64,000 bases of DNA from Macrostomum lignano (taxonomy: Eukaryota). The notes below the pieces were generated by a model. It ran no database searches, was not told where the DNA came from, and saw only the letters and a program-made list of their open reading frames with translations. Below are positions 1-11,400 of this stretch, piece after piece. Within the stretch, counting starts at the first letter, position 1; the number at the start of each line of letters is the position of its first letter. The position numbers and the translations under genes are program-made. The stretch is taken from contig NIVC01001653.1 in assembly GCA_002269645.1 (NCBI GenBank), positions 5,973-69,972 on the forward strand, read 5' to 3'.

Positions 1-999
1 CCCGCGGCATCGACCTCGCCTATCGGCACTTGCAGAAAGTCCGCCTGCTGCTGAGCCGGTTCGAGTCGGCTGCTGGGACCACCGATGCCGAAGGTGGCGG
101 CGACAGCAACTCGTGGTGTTGGAAGCCGCTGACAGCTGCGGCAGAGCAGCAGGACTGCGACTTGGTGCGCCTGGCTGAGTTCCGACTGCGCCTGATGACC
201 GCTGCAGTGCGCGGCCTGCAGACCTGCCCAGGATGGTAGGCTTAGCAACTGGCTTTTTTCCGATTCGAAAATACCCCAAGCTCGAAAAATACCCCACGCT
301 CGAAAAATACACCACGCTCGAAAAATACCCTAGGCTCGAAAAATACCCTAGGCTCGAAAAATACCCTAGGCTCGAAAAATAGTGGGTTGTAGCCTAGTGG
401 CTTCGAAAGTTCGAAAGTTCGAAAAATACCCCACCCCAAGCTCGAAAAATACCCCACCCCAAGCACAAAAAATACTCCAAGCTCATAAATTCCCCAAGCT
501 AAACACAATCTATCTCGTCTGCAGCGATCGGGATTCAGTCTGGCTCGCCCGCCACCTCGCACGGCGCATCTTCGCCCTGAACGCCACAGTCTTCAGTGAC
601 TTGCCAAGGCCGCAGTCGCCGGAATGGCCGCAGTCGCTGCAGTCGGAGGCGGCCCGTCAGCTCGCCTGCCTGGAGGCGGCCGCCAAGCCGGCGCAGGCAG
701 CGTCAGCCAGCCTTCAGCGGCCGTGGAGCCGGCGGCGGCGTCAGCGCTGGCTCGGCCGGTTTGTCACCGAGTTGCGCGCAGCGGCGGCGGAGCTTGAGTC
801 GGAGTTCGGCGCCCAACCGGCCGCGGAGCTCCTGGCTTCGGCCAACGACGAGGCCGAATGCAACCAACTCGTCAAGGAGGAGCAGGCCGACCAGCTGACA
901 GCGTTGACAGACGACTACAGCGGCAGCGTCACCTGGGAGACCAGCACAGTGAGGAGCGCGGACATTGCGGATCTGGAGACGAGTTCCATCGCTACTTGA
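1..999 (+). CDS. 3' part of an unidentified spliced gene (exons <1..235 and 525..999)
   Basis: GC-rich open frame from the window start; donor atg|GTAGG at 236 and acceptor ctgcAG at 523-524 join in phase (TG+C = Cys) into the 382..999 frame, ending TGA at 997-999. No recognisable domain. Confidence 0.6.
258..482. repeat. Intronic ~18-20 bp minisatellite (GCTCGAAAAATACCCYAS-like)
   Basis: About 10 imperfect copies of ctcgaaaaataccc read directly, inside the 236..524 intron. Confidence 0.85.
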
Positions 1000-1737
1000 T
1001 GACGCATGCTCAGGGACTCTCTTTAGCACAAGGACGCTCGGTACGTGTTCGAACAGCTTCCAAAGAGTCAGCGATAAACGCGCAAATCCGATTCTTGCAC
1101 CGAAGGTTCCCGGATTTGATCGATTTCTTTGAGGCTAATATCTAAGGCTATGTTAGACTTCTTATTCGTGGACTGTGAGAGCTACAGGGCTCTGTCTGCT
1201 AGCAATTGTATGCTCTTTTCGGAATGTTTGTATTACTTTCTTTGACCCCAACTGGGGGGCCAGATCGCTAGTCCATGCACTAAACAGATTTGTGGTCTTC
1301 TAAAATTCAGCTATCCAAAAGCGTCAATGAGGCTTGAATAATTCTGCCTAATGTTAATTGCAGGTTTCGCAGCAGTGCTTTTGCAGGGTTATAATCATAC
1401 TGTCCACTCTCGTACAATATTTAATTCACACATTTGCTAACTCCGCTAGTGGCTTTCTGCGACATTCATTGCACTACAATCCGTTCGCATAATTCAGTAA
1501 AACACAGATTTCTAAAAATGCTTCATTGCCATATATATTTTACTTAATAGAAGAATTTCGAATTTTTAGTAATCTGTTTTATGATCCGCCGTTTTGCGAA
1601 TGATAAATAAATAGCTTCTTCTCAGTGTGTTTATTCATCAATACCCTTCGCTCACTCGCTTGAATCTTGTTAATACGACAAAATTTGGTAAAATTTATGA
1701 ATGCGTTTGCCTGGAATATGACTAGAGTTTAATAGAT

Positions 1738-1928
1738 CATGACGAGACTATGACTAAATTAGACTAGATCATGACTAGACTATGACTAGATTAGACTAGA
1801 TCAAGACTAGACTATGACTAGATTAGACTAGATCATGATTAGACTATGACTGGATCATGGCTAGATCATGACTAGACTATGACTGGATCATGACTAGACT
1901 ATGACTGGATCATGACTAGACTATGACT
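1738..1928. repeat. 10-11 bp minisatellite (GACTAGACTAT / GACTAGATTA / GACTRGATCAT)
   Basis: Alternating 10-11 bp units over ~190 bp. Confidence 0.9.
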
Positions 1929-2395
1929 GGGCCGCAAGCCACCGCCGCCACTGAATGACGACGTCGTCGACTTTGCTGACGTCACGGCCACCGCCGCTGC
2001 CGCCCCAGCCGACTGCGGCGCTGATTTGGGCAGGCCGGCGCTTGCGCGGACCTCGCGCTCGATGTCGTCAAGCTCGTGGCGGACCCGGTCTAGCAGTCCG
2101 GATGGGCCGACTTTGCCGGGTGCCGGTGCCGCTGAAGTGGTCGATGATGGAGCCGGTTGCCTCGGCGGTTCGCGCCGCCTATCCTGTGCGACAGCGGTCG
2201 GCGGCGATGCGTCCAGCGACTTGTCGCGCTGCTGCATCCAGGCGTCACGGCGGCTCTGCAGCTCGCGCAGGCGCTCTTGAAGGTCCGGACGACCGGCCGC
2301 GACTCCGGCGGGGCCCCAGAAGTCTTGCCTCGACCGGCGCCACCGCCGCCAGCGCGCTTGCCGCCCCCGTTTGATGGGGCTGGGCCGAAGGACAT
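1899..2395 (-). CDS. Putative short Gly/Ala/Pro-rich coiled-coil protein (one apparent frameshift)
   Basis: ATG at 2395 gives MSFGPAPSNGGGKRAGGGGAGRGKTSG; a second frame continues GPAGVAAGRPDLQERLRELQSRRDAWMQQRDK...LLDRVRHELDDIEREVR to 1899. One extra base in the C4 run at 2314-2317 would join them. GC-rich island in AT-rich flanks. Confidence 0.4.
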
Positions 2396-4273
2396 TCCAA
2401 GTGGATCACGGGAGCGACAACGGCTGGAAATTTCGAATGCAAATACATGCATAAATGCAATCACAGTATTTGAGATGGTTACAGAATTTATTTAAGTTTT
2501 TTTACAATAAATCTGCTCTTTTGCAGTCGTCGCGTTGTGCTCTACTTCGTCATAAAGCTATCAGAATAGATTATTATAGCGGAAAAGCTCAACCAATTTT
2601 AAATCCTGGCAAAGGAGAAACCATTAAAAGTAAATATTTAATCTACTCGTAGCTACGTGCTGCTACATGTTATGTCAAATATAAGGTATGCCCCATGGAA
2701 TTTAGAAGAGGAAAATATTCATGGAAATGAGATCCAGTGTCCCAAAGATTCAATGTGTATCTGGTTTGCTGGTTTAATCTTAAAAGTGTTTTAATAAAAC
2801 ATGCATGTTAAACAAATTTACAAATCTGTTTCTCAAATATATTTAGATAGTATCACTTAAACCTTTGGAGAATATTCATTGGTTTTATATTTTGAAAAGA
2901 AACAGAATGTAAAAAACTAAGCCAGTCACATACAAAGAGATTTCTTACTCTTGCTAAAGGTACAACTAATTTTCATCCTAAAAGAAAACTTTTTAGATAC
3001 ATAAAATAGCAGTACTGAAGTTAATAATATTCTAATGCAAAAAACCGTATTGTATAAATCTTTGAGACTTGCATATAGTTAATGATGGCTTGAGCCAAAC
3101 TTCTAAATGTATTTCTAAATAATGCTTAAATTGATCAAATCGATTTAAGGCAAGGCAGACGGGCAACTTTTATTATCTAGATATTCTTACATATGTAGAG
3201 CACGCGATGCAAGTTTAATTTAAGCCTTAAAAACCACTTTCAAAATAAAAGTATGCCTCAAATTTTGCTGCACTTGAAATGTTTTATTGAAAATATGTAG
3301 TACTTATGTATCTTTTTATTACTTGATTTATTCTTGTAATAATTATTTTGCTTTAAAATTTGACGTTTTATTTTGTTTTACTTCTCCGTTACTCTGCAAA
3401 CGGCTAGGGCGATATTTTGGAATTGTAAATTAACTGTCATTTTACATTCAACTTTGAAAGGTCAAATATTATGGCTAAAGCTTGTTATAAAGCTTCAACT
3501 GCAATGTTAGGCACCTAACACTTGCTCCTAAAATTCTCGTAAATTAAAGCAAGATTCATTGTTTTTTTGCAATTCAGAGCTGGTATAAGTTAAATAATTA
3601 TCTACAATATTATATTTTGACAGAACCGTGTCAACCTTATATATTAGTTTGTACTCGATTAAATTAATTAGTATATGGATAAAAATCCTTTGGATCACGG
3701 GTAATAGACTGCTTTCAGTGGAACTAAATACGAAAGAATTAAGATTTAATATGGCTGGTATTTCTAAAAAGCTATAGCTTGCACGCCTAGCAAGTCCTAA
3801 AATACATCTAGACATTCAAAATGTTTGCTTGAATTTTAAACGAAATTCAAGTAAATCGATATATACTCGTAGTGTGTAGTGTATATACATGTATAGTGAA
3901 TAGCTTCAGTGTATGTATTCATTTTTGAAAAGTTTTAATACTTGATTAATGAAGTATAGTATTTTCATAAACAAGTGGATTTTTATGTAACAATCAACAG
4001 TGATTAATAAATTTTACATTTCACTAGTAATACTGTCTAAAATAAGTAATTAAAATGTCTCGAGAAATACATTAAAGCAGTACCTTTAGCCTTTAGCACC
4101 TTTAGAGCGTATTGACCTTTTTAAAAGACTTTTCTAATGGTCTTTCTTAATTTTTCTACTTGTCATATGCTTCGAAAATAGATGCAACACATCTATTTAG
4201 CATTTACTGATTAATTAATTTTACCATACTTCTGTTGCATGATAAAAGAATTTGCACCAGCAACACCAGCCAG

Positions 4274-7200
4274 ATGTCCCGCCAGCCAGCCAAAGGTCGC
4301 GCAGACCGCGGGAAAGGAGCCCAGTCCACGCCGAATCCGGCTGTGCAGAATGAAATCATTCCTGGAAAATTCACAGAACACGACTGGTAATGAATGCTCT
4401 TTCCCGTGTCACCTACGCTGCGCCTCAATTTCTTAAATGATTTGTGTAAGTATTCCCTCCCCAAAACTCTCGCCAGGAACCTGGCCATGGGACCCAGCGA
4501 AAACGAGGAATTCGTGCTGGGCATCGTGAATGATGTTGTTGACACGGCGTTGGCGAGATTTACGAGAAGTACCTGCAGCGACAGCTCATTCCCTACACTG
4601 TGTCGCTGGCCAAGGATGCTATGCTGCAAATTATTGAGGTATTTTTTGGACTTCTAATTCTGTAGCTTTTTATCGTACACGTGTTAATTTAATTATGATT
4701 TCAAGCCAAAGCAACAAAGTAGAAGCCCCACTGATTATTTGGAGTCCTTGAAGCTCATGAAGACTCACCCCGCCTCCCCCTCTCGCCCCAGTGGAATTTT
4801 CTGTCCCACGACGAAGGCGAGAGCCCGGACCGCCTGACCGGCGAGGCCTGGTCCGAGGACCGCGAGCCGGCATCGGCCACCATCGACTCCTGGGGCCAGG
4901 GCTGCATCCCCAAGACGGTGCTCACGCCGCGTTCTTCGCGACTGTCAACCCCGGCTCCGCAGCCGGAGGCCATCGCTGAGGAAGACGACGCCGACCTCGT
5001 AGAAGCGGCGGCGGCGGCGGCCGAGTCATCTGGGGTAGATGAGGAAGCGGAATTCGCCGCAGCGACTGCGGAGGCTGAGGCGGAGACGGCCACCGGCCCC
5101 GAGTCGGAGGAGGCGGCCCCGGCCGGAGCCTCAGCAGAGCAGGGCAGCTCCAGGCCGGGCGCCCGGTTCCGCTTCCGGCCGTACCGCGGCAAGCTGAAGT
5201 CGGCTGGCCTGTCGGCAATGAGTGAGACGCTTCTGGAGACCGAGCTGCGCCTGCGCGATGTCGATGATCCGCGGCGTGGCGCGGCCGCCGAGGCGGCTGG
5301 AGGAGGCAGCGGCGGCGGCGGCGGCGTAGGCGGCATGCCGACCTCCTGCCTGAGCATCCTGAAAGTGCAGGCGGGCCGGCCGCCCGGCAACAAGGAGGTG
5401 ATCTACGACGAGGCCGGCAATGTTGTCAGCGTGGTGAAGATCCCGGCGGATCGCCTGCCCTCGCACAGGTGAGTGAGGAGAGAGTGAGTAGCGCTGAATG
5501 GTGTTTTCGCCATAGACTAAATGGCTGTCCTAAAGGGTTGCAGCCTGGTGATTAGAGCGTCGGGCTCACGTTGATAGGTCGGGGGTTCGTTTCCGATCCC
5601 ACCCGGAACAGTTTGTGTTCTTGAGCAAGACACTTAACGATCTGCATTGCTTCAGTTCACCCAGCTGTAAAATGGGTGCCAGCATTAGCTGGGGTAATTG
5701 AGGCTGTGTGTGGCGACCTTCCAGTCCTTGGACTGAACAGCCGTACGCAGCCTTCAGATACGCCGCGCAATAGCTGCGGCTGAGCAGTCGATTGCACATC
5801 TGTCTATTAGGGAAGGTGCAATAAAAAAAATAATACTTCCTCACAGCAGCTGATACAGTACGGGCGAATTTAAATTTACATAACTACTATAGTAAAAGGC
5901 CTTTATGGTTTAAAGCATTGATGTGACACATCTATAGGGCAAATGCTATCAAACTACTTTTCCAAAATTAAACTTCATAGTGCGGACTGGCTTTCCCGCT
6001 TGAGAACTGTGATTATTTTGCAAGCCAACCTGAAAAACACATACGCAGCTCCACTTCGCTGCCAGACCGACTCAGGCCAGCCAGTGGTAGCTCAGAGCCC
6101 AGGTAACAATCCACCCAGGTAGCAACTGGCTCCGGTGTACTCTCTTTGTCGGAAGTCACTTTTTGCGTTTTTCACGGAAGTCACTAAAATATTTAAACGA
6201 ATAACACTAATATTATACCGCAAAAAACAGCCACAATTAATTGTTACAAATTCTCCCATTCAAAATACCAGAGCTAACTTCAGTTTAACAATTATGGAAT
6301 GTCTCTACTCTGTATATTTTAGTTATTTTTTACTATCTACATTATTTTATTACTATCTACATGTATTGCGCTACTTGCATCACTTCCATTGTTTATCTAT
6401 GCGTGCATCACTTCCATTGTTTATCTATGGCCTGTGCATCACTCCATTGTTTATCTATGGCTTGTGCATCACTGCCATTGTTTATCTATGGCTTGTGCAT
6501 CACTGCCATTGTTTATCTATGGCTTGTGCATCACTGCCATTGTTTATCTATGGCTGTGCATCACTGCCATTGTTTAACTATGGCTTGTGCATCACTGCCA
6601 TTGTTTGTCTATGGCTTGTGCATCACTGCCATTGTTTATCTATGGCCTGTGCATCACTGCCATTGTTTATCTATGGCTTGTGCATCACTGCCATTGTTTA
6701 TCGATGCCCGCAGGGTGAACGTCGGCTATCGCGTGCTGCAGGCGGAGCTGGAGGCAGAGAAGGCTCGCCTAGAGGCGCTCAAACGCGGAATTCGGGTACC
6801 GCAGGCTGGCGCGGGCGGGGCGCCGACAGCGGCTGGCCGGCGGCAGGTGGCAGCCTCCTCGGATCCGCGTCTGCCGCAGCAGGCGCCGAGCGGCCCGGCG
6901 CCCGACCAGAAGGTGGAGGCGCTGCCGCCGTCGCTAGTGGAGACCATCGACCTGGCGCCAGGCGTCAGCGTTCGCGAGGGCGGCCTCGTCCGCTCCGGGC
7001 CGCCGGCGCAGCGGAACGGCAACGAGAAGTTCGCCGAGATCCACCTGAAAGGCCTGCGGCCCGTGCAGGCCCGCCTGGCCGCTGGCGAGCCGCCGAAGGT
7101 GACGGCGACAGACCTGCTGCCTGCGGGCAGGGTGGCTGTGCGGCCGCCCATCAACGGCCGACAGCCGATCCCGCCCATCCAGCCGGCCGCCGCCCGCTGA
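4274..7200 (+). CDS. C2orf81/DUF4639-like protein; exons 4274..4386, 4477..4638, 4792..5468, 6714..7200; 1-nt deficit in exon 2
   Basis: Spliced translation EIIPGKFTEHDW...EEFVLGIVNDVVDTAL/EIYEKYLQRQLIPYTVSLAKDAMLQIIEWNFLSHDEGE...WSEDREP...DSWGQG, then VVKIPADRLPSHR and ETIDLAPGVSV, matches my recollection of human C2orf81 motifs ([61 protein letters not shown]). All GT-AG junctions are in phase except for one missing base near 4549-4556. Confidence 0.8.
5535..5835 (+). mobile_element. tRNA-derived SINE, near full length, in intron 3 of the C2orf81-like gene
   Basis: A-box-like TTGCAGCCTGGTG and B-box-like GGTTCG; central TGTGTTCTTGAGCAAGACACTTAAC...CACCCAGCTGTAAAATGGG resembling the MIR CORE domain; A-rich tail; homologous copies at 21617 and 63741. 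Confidence 0.85.
6378..6703. repeat. 31-bp intronic minisatellite (GCATCACTGCCATTGTTTATCTATGGCTTGT), ~10 copies
   Basis: Direct reading; ends ~10 nt before the acceptor at 6713. Confidence 0.95.
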
Positions 7201-7983
7201 CCGCTGTCCCCTCCAGCTTCCCTCGCCGCCTACGCTTTCCCGATTCCCAAAATCTCCCTAAGCCTAATCCTAATGTGTTGTAAAATTCCTTGATTGTCAG
7301 TAAGGAAAACGGTTCAAGACTGACAGACTTTCAGCTAAATGCTTCACTGTCAGTAGTTTGCCTCAAACATGCTGATTTAGATATATTCTAGTGGGATACT
7401 GGAGCCACTTTTAAGCTAGTACATTTTTTAAACATTATTTTAATTAACCAGCAGAGAAGCACCCGTGGAACATCAAGTTTTGCGCCAACGTGCAATTAAC
7501 ATAGAACACTTAAATCGGTCTTGAACTAAGGGCGTCTAATTAGAAATTTCAACTGTCCTACTTTAAGTAGCATGTCTGATATAATTTTTCCGTTACAAAT
7601 AAATCACGGAAAAAGTCCTTTCGTGGAATTGTTTCGTTGAACATGCTATCGAACTGTTATTTGAATTATTGTTTTCCAGACCCCCCCCCCGAGCTCACTG
7701 TAAAGAACCCGATGGGAATTTGTTCTCGTCAGATGCCCTTTTTTCGATCGTCCCAATCTGTTATTCTTAACTTTATTCGCTTGTGCCTGAATAATTAAAA
7801 ATAAACCAATAAATTCTATAACAGCAAAAGACTGCTGTTACACAAGTTTACAATTGTAACTCGCAAGTACGCCTTGGATGGCACCATGAAGCTTTCATTC
7901 GTGACGCTCCATTTTAATAACTGAGACTGCTGCAATCAGATCTACAAGCAGTTCGTGCTCGAAAGACCGACTCTGGCAACCTG

Positions 7984-8181
7984 CGATGTCCAGAGTCTAT
8001 ACAATGTCCAGAGTGTATACAATGTCCAGAGTCTATACAATGTCCAGAGTCTATACAATGTCCAGAGTCTATACAATGTCCAGAGTGTATACAATGTCCA
8101 GAGTCTATACAATGTCCAGAGTCTATACAATGTCCAGAGTCTATACAATGTCCAGAGTCTATACAATGTCCAGAGTCTATA
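7984..8181. repeat. 18-bp minisatellite (CAATGTCCAGAGTCTATA), ~11 copies
   Basis: Direct reading; the last TA (8180-8181) is also the left TSD of the DNA transposon. Confidence 0.95.
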
Positions 8182-8444
8182 CACCATTTTAATTCCTATT
8201 TTGAACAAAGTCTTGTTCAAAAGAAACAAGCAAAACTTCAATTCAATTACTTTAAGAAATAACAGCCCTTGCGGAAATTCAATTCAAACAAAGTCCCTTT
8301 CTATTGAAACAGACGAACTTCAATTCAGACTGTCTGTGGCCAAAATTGTCCCCGAGTGACGCGCATGCGCAGATTTGAAATTCAAAAGAAACAAAGTCAC
8401 ATTCTATTTCGACAGAGGGATAAGACACAGCATATCGACGAACA

Positions 8445-11400
8445 TGTAGGCACCTGCTGCCCAGTGCTTGCATAATAAGTGTTTTTAGTCCTGGTGTGCA
8501 TTTCCGATGTACATCCAATATTCTTGGCTTTCTGTTTTTAATGTACGCAGTCTCAACTGCAGGGTCGCTGCTAAATATATAAATCGATCGCACAGAGCCT
8601 ACAATGGATTGAGGCTTTATCGGCTACACACAACACATAACTTTCTCTCTCTCGGCTTCGCTCTCTACAGTGGCGTCGCAAGCCGCCTACCGCGCGGTAA
8701 ACAAATCATGGCAGCCAACTTTCTCTCACTGCCCCCACCTGAGCCATTCTCAGTATCAGCAGACCCACACAACGCGGGCAAGCGCTGGAGTCAATGGGCG
8801 GACCGCTTTGAAGACTTCATCGATGCATCAGGCATCACCAACGAGAAGCAAAAGTGCAAACTACTCAGCTACACAGCAGGCAAGGAAATCGCCGACATCA
8901 TCCGCGAGGAGGCCAAGCCTGCAGCGGCCACAGAGGACGGCTAAGTCACCCTCAAGCAGACGCTGGACGCTTTGAAGACATTCTTCAACGGAAGAAAGAA
9001 CATAGTATTCGCCAGATATCAGTTCCGCCTATGCACCCAGGCCACCGGAGAGTCCATCGAGTCCTGGTACGCCAGACTGCGCACTGCGGCAGAGCCGTGC
9101 GACTTCGAGCAGCTGAAGGACTCGCTCATCAGAGACCAGCTCGTGGCAACCTGCAGCTCTGACAAGCTGCGCAGGCGGCTGCTTCAGGAGGCGAACATCA
9201 GCTTGGAAGAGGCCTTGCGAAAGGCGAGGGCATTCGAGGCTGCTGAGGAACAAGCCACGGAGATGGAGAAGACAGACTCGCACGTGGCCAGCGTTGCCAA
9301 GGGCGACAAGGTGAGAACGAACAGGCGTGGCCCGGCTCAGACGACCAGCAGGCCCGGCGACCAGCAGCAGCGCACCTGCTACCGCTGCGGCGAGAAAGGC
9401 CACGCTACCTGCGACGCTGCCAAGGGCAAGATCTGCCACAACTGCGGTAAGCCCAACCACCTCGCTCTTGCCTGCCGTCAGCCTCGGCAGTCAAACAGCA
9501 GCCGGATTCCACAGCAGCAAATCAGCACCAATGCTGTATTCACAGCTGCCGACGGCTCCGTCAACGAGGATGTGTTTGCGCTGTACAACCGCGACAAATA
9601 CCCATCCGACGTCTCACTGACTGTGCAGGTGGCAAACCGGCAGCTTCCCATGATGATTGACAGCGGAGCCAGCTGCAGTATCATGAGTCTCGGCACCTTC
9701 AGAGCGCTCAGCCTGCCAAGCCCACGCCCTACAAGAGCCGAAGTTCGCGCCTACGGGGTACCGACACCTCTCAGGATTGTGGGTACCGCCGATCTTGACA
9801 TCCAAGTGGGATCTGCCAGAACAACCGCGACCTTCCACATCATGGACGGCGACGGCCTGACGATACTGGGGCGTCAGCCCGCATTCAAGCTAGGAGTGCT
9901 GAAGATCCAGCGACCTGAAGCTACCAAGCCGCAAAACATAAACGCCATCGCCGACACCACACCCTCCAAGCAGTGTAGCGACCCCCAGCTCAAGGCCATC
10001 CTGCAGAGGCACAAAGAAGTCTTCAACGGCATCGGCTGCATCAAGGGTGTAGAGGTCCAGATCCAGCTGTCCGATGACGCTGTTCCAGTCTGCCAGGCGC
10101 CCTCACGTGTGGCGGCGCACCTGAAAGAGGCCGTAGTTGACGAGCTCAAGGCTTTGGAGGAGCAGGGCATCATTGAGGCAGTCAAAGGTCCTAGCGCCTG
10201 GGTGTCACGCATGGTGGTGGTGCCCAAGGACGACGGTGGCGTTCGAATCTGCCAGGACCTCCGTGATCTCAACGCTTTCGTCATCCCAGAGAAGCAGCAA
10301 ATCCCCACGCTGGATGAAATCACCGAGGAAATGGCAGACGCCAAGCTGTTCAGCGAACTCGATATCCGGAAGGCTTTTTATCAGATCCCAGTCCACGAGA
10401 GCAGCCGTCACCTCTTCACCTTCAGCACGCCCCTCGGACTGATGCCGCTCAAGAGGCTCAGCATGGGGTTCACAAATGCCTCGGAAATCCTTCAACGAGT
10501 CATGCTTGGCATCCTCAGCGGCATCGACGGCGTCCGGTGGGCGCACGACGACGTGGTGGTATACGCCTCCGACCTGAAGCAGCACCATGAGAGGCTGGAC
10601 GCCTGCCTTCAACGCCTCCGAGAGTTCGGGATCACCCTCAATCAGGACAAGTGCAGGTTCGCCCGGCCGACTGTCGAGTTTCTCGGGATGCGCCTGACCG
10701 CCCGGGGCATGCAACCGGCCACCGAGAAAATTGACGCCATGCAGAACTTCCGAGAGCCCTCCAACGTGGCCGACGTCCGCTCTTTCCTGGGAACCGCTAA
10801 CTTCCTGGCAAAGTTCATCCCAAACTTCGCTGACCTCGCGGCCCCACTCCGGCAGCTGACGAAGAAGGGCCAAGCCTGGGAGTGGACAGAAAAACACACA
10901 GCGGCGTTTAACGGCATCAAGAAGGCATTCTCAGACGCGGACACGCTGGCCTTTTTCGACCGCAGGCTGCACACGGAGCTCCTGGTGGACGCATCGCCGA
11001 TCGGCCTCGGCGCCATCCTCACGCAGCGGCAGCCAGACGGCAACAGCAGACCCGTCGCCTACGCCAGCAGAGCCCTCTCGCCGGTGGAGCAGCGGTACGC
11101 GCAGATCGAGCGGGAGGCGTTGGCCATCAAATTTGGGTGTCTAAAGTTTGAGCACTATCTGGCTGGCGACCCAGACTTCACCGTGGTGACGGACCACCGA
11201 CCACTCGTGCCGCTTTTCAAGCCTGGCTCCCGTCCGCCACCGCGGATCGAGCGAATGGCACTGCGCATTCAGCATCTCCGCTTCAACCTGCTCTACCGGC
11301 CAGGCTCGACCAACCCGGCTGACCTGCTGAGTCGGCAGCCACTGCCAGAGCGGCGTCGGAATGTAGGTGAAGAGCTCGACGCCGCCTTCATCAACGCCGT

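Noticed and set aside
6135-7283. 382-aa and 279-aa ORFs
   Set aside because: They are read-throughs of intron, the 31-bp array and exon 4; only 6714..7200 is supported as coding.
7942-8359. Repeat peptides (VQSLYN)n, (MSRVYT)n, (LWTLYR)n
   Set aside because: Automatic result of a stop-free 18-bp unit; they run into transposon TIR sequence.
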